This document shows positions 55,001-64,000 of a stretch of DNA of 64,000 nucleotides, piece by piece. Position numbers and translations under genes: made by a program. The number at the start of each line of letters is the position of its first letter. Within the stretch, counting starts at the first letter, position 1. A model generated the notes under the pieces. That model saw only the letters and a list, made by a program, of their open reading frames with translations. It ran no database searches and was not told the origin of the DNA. Where the stretch lies: assembly GCA_964188305.1 (NCBI GenBank), contig OZ076887.1; one strand, 5' to 3'. Source of the stretch: Podarcis bocagei. Taxonomy: Eukaryota.

Positions 55001-56220
55001 CTGCTCTAGTTGCATCTACAGCCAGGATGGCTGAAGCCCTTCCAGGAGACAATCTGACTGCTCCTGATGAACAAGTACAATGGGTGAGGAAGTCAGCGGA
55101 ACCTTCACTGCAGCCACTGCTCAGACAGCCCACTTGGTTTTGACCACTAAGATGTGCTTTACAGAAGAGGTGGCCTTAGGCGCTTCCCTTGCCAAGAGTT
55201 GAGCAGCAGGAAGGCAAGGGGCAAGTCTGAGAGGAGAGGCATAGGAATAGAATAATCTCTCGCTTCTTTTTTACATAAAAAATGATAGACAGCGGCAACA
55301 GCAGAGAAGAGGCAAAGACAAAAATGGCAGGAAAAACAGAATACAAGGAAAAAACACATTTCTCTGAGATTGAGAAATAAACACAATGGAGGAGAGGAAA
55401 CTGGATTGTTCTGAGTCAATAAATGAAATGAAGACTCATCTGATGGGGAATCAGCAAACCTATGTTATGTGGTTTCCTGCCTTCCAAGCAGCAGGAGGGT
55501 ACATAACTCACTTGGATACCTACTACATCCAAGTGAAATGGGAATTATTCCATGTTATCCTCCAGTCACTTCCAATCAACCTTTAATCTTTCCTATCCAG
55601 AACAACAGAAGGTACACAGGTGGAGAAAAACACAGAAAGTCCATCATTATCACCTTCACTAACCCCAGGTTGATCCTGGGTGATAAAGAGGAAAGTGAAA
55701 TAACAAAGCTACGATACTTTGGAGCGGCAAGATGACTCGCCAAATGTTCCTCTCCTAGAGTCAGAAGTCTGAACTGCAACTGCAGTGAGATCTTCCACAC
55801 AAACAGAAAAATGATACAATTTTTCACCTAAATTACCGGTAACTGCTAAAGCCAGACCTCAGCCATCCTGGGTAGCTTCCAAAAAAAGATTAAAAATACA
55901 TTAAAACGCCAGACATTAAAAACTTCCCTAAACAAGGCTGCCTTCAGATGTCTTCTAAATGTCAGATAGTTGCTTATTTCTTTGACATCTGATGAGACGG
56001 CGTTCCACAGGGTAGGCGCCACTACCGAGAAGGCCCTCTGCCTGGTTCCCTGTAGCTTTGCTTCTCGCAGTGAGGGAACCGCCAGAAGGCCCTCTGTGCC
56101 CTACCTTTCATCCACTCGGAAAAGGAAGAGGAATAAAACGCAACCAAGGGCACATGTGACAGAAGAAATAAACACCATAGCAAAACAAGCAGAAACAGAC
56201 CATGGAGTCCCTTCTCTCAG
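54714..56220 (+). pseudogene. Decayed retrocopy-like segment resembling the N-terminal region of SUCO, interrupted by an L2 fragment
   Basis: Ordered patches across frames: signal-peptide-like AWLPS..LLFLALLL, CIYSQDG, DEQVQ, NTESPSLSP, LPVTAK, SST/GKGR, compared with recalled SUCO VWLPS, YYSQDD, EDVQ, NTESKKLSP, IPIAK, SSSHGKGK; many stops and frameshifts. Confidence 0.4.
55858..56105 (-). mobile_element. L2-clade LINE 3' fragment
   Basis: Reverse complement of 32340-32580 (FHRVGATTEKALCLVPC appears in both ORF-track entries). Confidence 0.85.
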
Positions 56221-56615
56221 TTAAGTTCATTATGAATTTCCTGCCTCCAGCGGGAAGTTCCTGCTTCCAAAATGTCCCTCTGTTTATATCCAGGTAAAAT
56301 ATTGCTCTTCGCAACTATTTCCAAAGAAAGCAGGTCTTCTTGTCAAAAGAAGACTATGAGGCTGGCCTGTACCACCACAGAAAGTATTACATTCGTCCTG
56401 AAATAGGACTGCTGAGACCAGCACCTCAGAAGAGGCTCCACAGAACCACACCCCCCCTTCAAGAGCACCATAAGAGAGAGAAATGTAGAAATTTTGTGCT
56501 TAACGAGATGAATTAACCTTTTGCCATAAGCTACCTGCTTTGCATCATACTAATGTGTACAGTACATCATCCTTAAAGATGTATTTAAACATTTTTATGA
56601 CTATGAACATTTTCA

Positions 56616-56879
<264 letters not shown>

Positions 56880-57500
56880 CTAAATAGTTCCTTTTGGATA
56901 GTAAAAAGTTGACCACCAGTGATCCCCCAATTCTTTCACTGTTACTATTCAATAGGAAGACAATAAATGTGGGAAGAAACAGATTATGACTTCCTCTTGG
57001 CCATTTTCTATACTAACTTGCAAACATGTCATCTTCTCCAAGCTCCCAAGTACCTTTTTGCACAGAAACTACTAACTACAAGAAAGGGAAGCAATTTGGA
57101 CTTGCTACCTAGACTGATGGGCAAAAAAAGAAGAGTGTAAAGAGAAAGCATGCATGCAGAAATAATCCTGTAGGCACAGGATTAGATGTTCATTAGATGT
57201 ACACTATAATCAAATGTCTGGCAGGTTTCAGTCAGTGCTGATGTCTCCCAGACACTGGGATGTGATGGTTACAAACACGTGCAAAGGCATCTAATCAGCT
57301 ATTTTGAATACGTAGATGCCTTCCTAAAGCCTGAAATCAGATGTCATACCAGGATTTATGAGCACCAGGACTAACATACAGAAAAATTCTAAGTGGTAGA
57401 AGTAACACACACCACAGCAACAAACAGCCACCAAACCTTACTGACATAAATCCAACTGCTGCACTAGCAATATTACACACTTATTTAGTAAGACTCTTAC

Positions 57501-57599
57501 CTATACTAGGTGGACTGCCATAGTTTACTGGAGACTCTGGAGGTCTTCCACAGTGCAATGCAGCAAGAGCAGATCCCTTCCACACCACATGCTTGCAGC
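57501..57599 (-). CDS. PHIP: PHIP exon 6 ([32 protein letters not shown])
   Basis: AG/GT, 99 nt. Confidence 0.96.
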
Positions 57600-57661
57600 C
57601 TATTTGATTATATAAAATAAAACATAAACATAGAAACATAACAAAATAAGTGTACAAATCA

Positions 57662-57838
<177 letters not shown>

Positions 57839-60800
57839 TTAAAAAGAAACCAGGAGTTAAATATCCAATATTCTTCTGTTAATTTAGAAAAGTATCGGGG
57901 GGTGATGCTTTGAAAAGGTGACAGTATTTGACACCTGAAATGCTTCTTTGATTTCTAGTATACACAACAATGAAAGCAGTATTTAAAGGAGGACTCACAT
58001 GAACACACAAATAAAATCTAGACTGATTTTTCCCTAACCTCATGTTTAAAATATTTATGAATTTGAAAACAAAATTATTTGAAGCACTACAGAAATAGTA
58101 TTGAATACGCAGTATCATAATGAGTCAATCTGAAAACAAGGTGACATATTTTAGAAATAGTATTTAGCATTAACATTAAAATGTTTTGATAGTTAAAACA
58201 CTGCACACACATAGGTCTGATTCATTTAATATGAATGAGTGTGCTAGTACACACTGAAGTTCCCTTGACCACCTCCCTTACTCTGGCTGCCTCACAGTCT
58301 GGTTTGTACTGCTGTCCGAACCCAGGCTTGTGGTCTGTTTCTCTACAAAGTAGGAGCAGTTACCAAAGTCAGTTCTACCAAACCAGGGATTGCGGTTTGT
58401 TTCTCGTCAAATCTTAAGCCATGGGTTTGTTGCTAACTTACAGATCATGACTTATTAGGGAGAAACAAACCAAGATCCTTGGGTTTGGACATAATGGAAA
58501 GCCAAGGCTTCCTGGATTGTTTACTGCACCAGAGGAGAAGCAAAGAAGGAGTGATCGCACAGTGTGAACTAGCACACTGTTTATTTATAGTATACCACAA
58601 TAAGCCAGAAACACTGGCTTACCATTACATGCAAATGCAGCCAAATTTGGATCTGCAAAGACAGAACTGTGTACTCTTTATATCTCAGCAGGAAAACTTT
58701 TCTGCACTGTATTTTCCCTCTCAGTATGAACCCCATCATGCAATTCATGCACTTCTTGTTCAAATACTCAAACAGTATCAATTGTGATGATACTCTTTTT
58801 AACAACGGGTTTTCCCAGATGACTAGTTTATTATATATTAAAAGAATATTTTTTCTAATTTGTGTGCACATCTGCATGTCTTTTCTCTCAATAGCACTTA
58901 AGTTACAAGGTTATTATATTCAGAATGCAGAAAAATGCAGTACTCCTCCCCAGATAAAAATGTTCATTATTATTTTAATTGCCACATGAAAATGTCATTA
59001 TCCAAGTTCATCAATCTACAGGAGACAATTTATGACGTAATCAGTGACAAGCAACCCAGCTTTCTCCCTTCTCACTGAAGTAGTTGCACAAAAGATAATC
59101 TTTTTTTAAAAAAAATTGTTTTTAAAGGGTCCTCCCGCCCCCTACTTTGCCTTTGTAGATGGGTGTTTTTCTCACTGCACTTTTGTCAATTGCTGCAGAA
59201 TGACACATCTAACAGACTATTTTTTAATAAAATAAAAATAAAAAGGTGGCACACCTCCCCCTTTCATACTTATATAGTGCACAGGAGAATATTTTGCTGT
59301 ACTCACCGAAGTGAATGGATAAAAACCAATTGGGGCATGATTTGAATTAACACAAACTGCTGGATTTAAAGGACATCACTAACTTTTAGTAAGAAATTAA
59401 ATTAAATTTACAACATGCTCTGGCCACACTTTGCGTAACAATCAATCAAAACCAAAGTTCTAGAAGTGAAAAATTACTTCTATTTGCTATTCTCACTACC
59501 AGTTATAGCTTCTAGAGAAAATTTAAAAGGTTTCTCCCTTTTCTTTTAATTCAATTTTTCTATCATATATATATAAATGCCTTTGTGATTGTGAATGAGG
59601 CTTGTCAGTCAACAGGCAAGCAAAATTTTAGAAGAAAGAAAGTAAGGCCCCGAATAAGGAGGAACAAAAATGTATTTTTAATGTATTCCTCTAGAGCCTT
59701 ACTTTAGTATTAACAAGCAAGAAAAAGGACACTAGTAACTAATATTATTATAATTATTATATTTATATTCCACTTTTCACCCAGAGACTTTAGCGACCCA
59801 CACAAATTAAAATACTGATAAAATATGAAACATTAAAAACATATTTAAGATAATCCTTAAAAAGTAAGTAAATGCAAATTGAACTAAAACAATACATAAA
59901 AAGTAGTAACTGTTCTTAAAATAGCATGTCAGATGTTAGATTTTTCCAGTACCATATCTTTTACAATGAAATGTGGAAAACAGTGACCAAAATAAGAGGT
60001 TAAAGCATCACCCCTGTAAGGAAGAGCTACAGTGTTTTAGTTTGGGAGGATTAAGAAGTGAGGTGTGACAGTTGAATAACCTTATGCAGTGTAGAAAAAG
60101 CTGATAGAGAAATGATTTTGTCCTCTCTCCTAATACTTGATCTCAGGGCCACCCAACAGAACATACTGGTAGTACATTCAGAACAGGCAAAAATAATAAA
60201 AAAACTTTTATATAAAACACATGATGGAACTATGAAATTCACCGCTTCAAGATAATTAGCATGGCTTCAAAAAGGTTTACTATCCCTCCAATAGGAAAAC
60301 CATACCTACAGCAATAGAGACAAATTGGAGACACTGAGGGGGGAAAAGGTGAAGATGTAGCACAATTGCAGAAGGTACAAGAGAGACCTCACAAGAACAG
60401 AATGAGGACTGAGCACACTCAGTATACACCAGAAACTATGGAAAGAGTGTCAAATGGGGGGAGGGGACGCAAAAAGTTGGGGTAACAAAATTGGCCTCTA
60501 TGAGCCCTTTACAGCTTAGCACTCTGGAGAAAGTCATAGAGAGTCATGGGGAACTCAACAGCAGCACTCTTGTTAGAGGTTGAGGAAACACCCAAACTCG
60601 TTTTGTTTTTTAAAAAACTTGGTCAAGGATCTGATGAACAAGAACTTGAGTAGCCTTTATTACAGTTCCTTGTGAATAGGTGATAGTTTGCTTCAGCTTT
60701 CAGAAATGCAATCTCTGAAACCGAGAAGGTGAAAGATGAGTGAAACATTAGGGTTAGGAGCAGCCTTCTCCTGCCTCCCCCCAACCCTGATACTGAGTGC

Positions 60801-62424
60801 TATAATGCTTCTGAATTTATAGGATCCACTGAGAAATCCTGGCTAAAAGCTGCTGACCTGCTCTGAAGACCCTCCAGCATATGCAGCAAATACACCAGGC
60901 CCAAAGAGGTCAAGTTAGAGACGTCAAGACCCATGTTGGGGGGGTGGGTGAGATACAGAGTAGGGAAGAATTATTTCCCCTCCAAAATAAATTTTAAATG
61001 TTTCCAGGGGAAATGTGGGGAGAACACTGTGGGTGAGTGTCCTATGAAATATGCTTTTCTTTTCAAAGATGATCCCTTCCACCTCTTCCCTCAAAATGAC
61101 TGTGACAGACACCTGGCTACAAACTGGGAAACAAGTAACTTACTGCCCTGGCCTGCTAGATGATTTTAAAAAAAGGTCAGGAAAAAGGTGGAACAGGAAC
61201 TATGCGTTCCAGAGCCTGAAAGGAAAAATCTGGAAGTTTGAGTAAGAACTGAGCACCAACCACAGAAGTAGACTAAAATTTGGGATATTTGCAGTTCACC
61301 ATTTTAAATTTCATTAAAAACATATTAAATGGTGCGATTTTATATTCTAAGTTATGATACATTTTATTTTGTTAAAGCAGGGAGGTTTTGTTTTATAAAA
61401 AAAAATACTGCATAAACTTCCACTTCTCCTAAGGTTTCCCCTGCCCCTTTGAAAAACTGCAAAAAACAAAATTCTGCTTAATCAGCAATGAAACAGAGTT
61501 CTTCCAGGTCCCAGCTGTGCAGGAGTTTTCTGTAGGGTTGTTGTTCTTCCAAAGCATACCCTGGGGTCCTTGTCAGGCGAGAACCTTAGAGAAGACCACA
61601 TGCCCCTCAGTCTCATCCGAAATACCTGACAGACTATCCTCTTGAGATCTGACATTGTTGGGAAGGAAAGTCTGCTCTTAATCTGAAGGAGAAAGGTCTG
61701 AAAAGTCCAGCAAACAGTAGTAACCATGGCAGTCTTGGAAAGAATGCAGTCTATCTTGTCCATCTTATCTTTGTGATGGTCCTTGTTATCAGCAAGATAG
61801 TATGAAAGGAAATAGTCATCCCACCTGAAAAGAAATGCATTCTCCAACAATCCATGGTTGCTCAGCAACAGATTTAGAGGTACTCATTGTTAGCAGAGGT
61901 AGAGATCCCCAGAAGTGGAACAAGTATTGGACCACAGTGCAATCAGCATCCCATCTGACCAAGAAGCCTGCGAGGTCATCATCCTCTCCCAGAGATCAAC
62001 TGCTGTAGGAATGATGCCACTGTGTACGCCCCACTGCTATGCTAAAGTTCAGAGGCAAGAGTACCTGATTCTATACTTCTCTAATTACTTATTCTGGGAA
62101 TGGTTACTATGCTATGAGGAAATATTTCCAAGGGGAATCTTGCAGGCCAAAATGTGTGGAAGAGTATGGACATTTCAAGGGCCTCATACCACAAAGAAGA
62201 AATGATGAGTTTCCCACAACCTACTCCCCAGCCTTGATGAGAATCATGTGATGATTGCTGCCACAGAAATCTGTGGAGTAAACAGGACTCGCAGAGTACC
62301 TTGCCAAGAGCACTCACCAGATAGAAAACTGAGCCCACAGTCAAACAGCTTTTTCAAAGACATAAAAGGAGCCTCATGATGGCCAAATCATGTCCAGAAA
62401 GAAGCACCACAACAGGTGAACAGA

Positions 62425-62672
62425 AAGAAGAGAAGAAGAAGAGTTTGGATTTGATATCCCGCCTTTCACTCCCCTTCAGGAGTCTCAAAGCGGCTAACAA
62501 TCTCCTTTCCCTTCCTCCCCCACAACAAACACTCTGTGAGGTGAGTGGGGCTGAGAGACTTCAAAGAAGTGTGACTGGCCCAAGGTCACCCAGCAGCTGC
62601 ATGTGGAGGAGCAGAGACGCGAACCCGGTTTCCCAGATTACGTGACTACCGCTCTTAACCACTACACACTGG
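62425..62672 (-). mobile_element. Squam3-type tRNA SINE
   Basis: Minus strand begins CCAGTGTGTAGTGGTTAAGAGCGG (A-box) and CGGGTTCG (B-box); (TTC)n tail. Confidence 0.85.
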
Positions 62673-63924
62673 AAGTCTTAGCTGTTGTGTCAGTTCACAA
62701 GCTATCAGCCTCTGGATCCAGTTAGTCAGCCAGCTGGATCCATCCTCCTCCTCCACAGATCCATAGACATGGGTGGTAATTTGAGCTGTGCAGAAGGACA
62801 ATGTGCATGACTGAGCATCATCTGATTAATCTATTCATCATGAATTCTGTCCATGCTTTCAGTCTGAAAGGGCAACAGAGGCAAAGCCTGTTGCTGTGAC
62901 TGAGGCCATTGCCATGAGAATCAGGCATGATCAATTACCTGATGGGAACCATGTTCCAAATAGTATGAGAGAAAGGCTGTATCCAATGACACCATCCTGA
63001 ACTTCTGAGGTTAGAAATCCCAAAATACTTCAAATAAAAACTGTAGAGTTAAAAAGTACTTGCTACCAATTCAACTGCTTCCTTGCAGGGAACAATTTTT
63101 ATCCTTTCTTTAGCTGTGAAGGTAATCCTGGGTGGAAAAAAATTCTTTGGGGCTGGAGGGAAGAACTCAGTCATGTGCCCCATGAAAATTATAATCAGTA
63201 CCCATTTGCCAGTGACCAGGGGAACTGAAGGAATCAGTGTAAAAATACTGGACCATTAGAGTGAACTAAATTACAGCAAGTCTGGAGCTGCAACATCAGA
63301 TGATTACTAATCAATCTGGTAGTAGCTGATCATGGGTTATAAGGTAGCATACTTTTTTGTGGAGAGGTGTTATTCACCCATAGTGTCAACATGGAACTTT
63401 TAAAAGCAGCAGTTGAAAGAATCACAGCATCAGTAGTAAAGCTCAGGGACAGGACATTTTCCATCACCGTCCCCCCAGAACCTTCATCAGGCCCCCGTCA
63501 TCAGAAAGCGCTAGGAGTTGCTGATTGTCCAGCTGCCCATGTGAGAAGATGCTCTATTCTCTTGGGAACTGAAACATCTGGTACTCCCTGGCCCTGATTT
63601 ACAGGTAACAAACAAGGGATGGGTCTACTATCCTCTATGGTTTCCATGGAACCTTCAGAGAACAGCAGTTGAAACAGACACAGAAGTGGCAACATCTAAG
63701 GCCCAGGAAGACAACATGTGCCATCACTGTTCCCCCTCTTCCTTTCTAAATAAAAGTCAGTCTTTCTTCTTTAAACAATCTTATTAATTTGTTAATATAT
63801 ATCAGTTTTCATCTACTTTCAGATACCTTAGAAGTCTATTGTCAGTCAGGAAGACAGGATACAAATATATAACACCGATCAGGTTCCCAAAGAGTGTGAC
63901 AATTCAAGCATCAAAACATCTAGA

Positions 63925-64000
63925 CCAGGCAAAGGCAACCTTTGGCTGTCCAGATGTTTTGACCTACAACTCCCATGATCCCTAGCTAACAGGACCAGTG
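63925..64000. mobile_element. Probable hAT-derived MITE, truncated by the window end
   Basis: CAGGCAAAGGCAACCTTTGG..CCAGATGTTTTGACCTACAACTCCCATGATCCC, a common reptile MITE arm. Confidence 0.5.

Noticed and set aside
54424-55133. Minus-strand ORFs of 75-161 aa over the CpG island
   Set aside because: Low-complexity by-products of high GC content with no recognisable homology
58310-58660. Loose inverted repeats (similar at about 1620-1800, 30660-30800 and 41480-41640)
   Set aside because: Probably old MITE remnants; ends and TSDs could not be defined
60800-63720. Moderately GC-richer, coding-like stretch in PHIP intron 4 (possible decayed DIRS/LTR element)
   Set aside because: No RT, integrase or recombinase motif or terminal repeat recognisable by eye; needs RepeatMasker or tblastx

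Overview
Vertebrate genomic DNA. The Sauria/Squam SINEs, Bov-B tail and Tc1/mariner MITEs point to a squamate, probably a lacertid lizard. Two convergent genes are present: the last three coding exons of IRAK1BP1 (+ strand, 223-3524) and 36 coding exons of PHIP (- strand, 57835 down to the stop at 11157; exons 5-40 by analogy with the human gene). All junctions were checked by eye and keep frame. PHIP probably has a long AT-rich 3' UTR reaching about 4.9 kb. The most unusual structures are: (1) an inverted duplication with ~550-bp arms in the putative PHIP 3' UTR, with a type I hammerhead ribozyme motif at the inner end of each arm, where the mRNA-sense copy carries a G8A core change; (2) a TA-flanked Tc2/pogo-like element holding an 89-bp hairpin minisatellite whose 19-nt loop occurs in both orientations along the array; (3) an intronic CpG island leading into a decayed, possibly SUCO-like retrocopy; (4) a minimal Penelope-type hammerhead; and (5) a near-perfect 62-bp-arm hairpin in a short intron. 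The long ORFs at 43.8-45.8 kb are repeat artefacts. Homology statements rest on recalled protein sequences, not on database searches.
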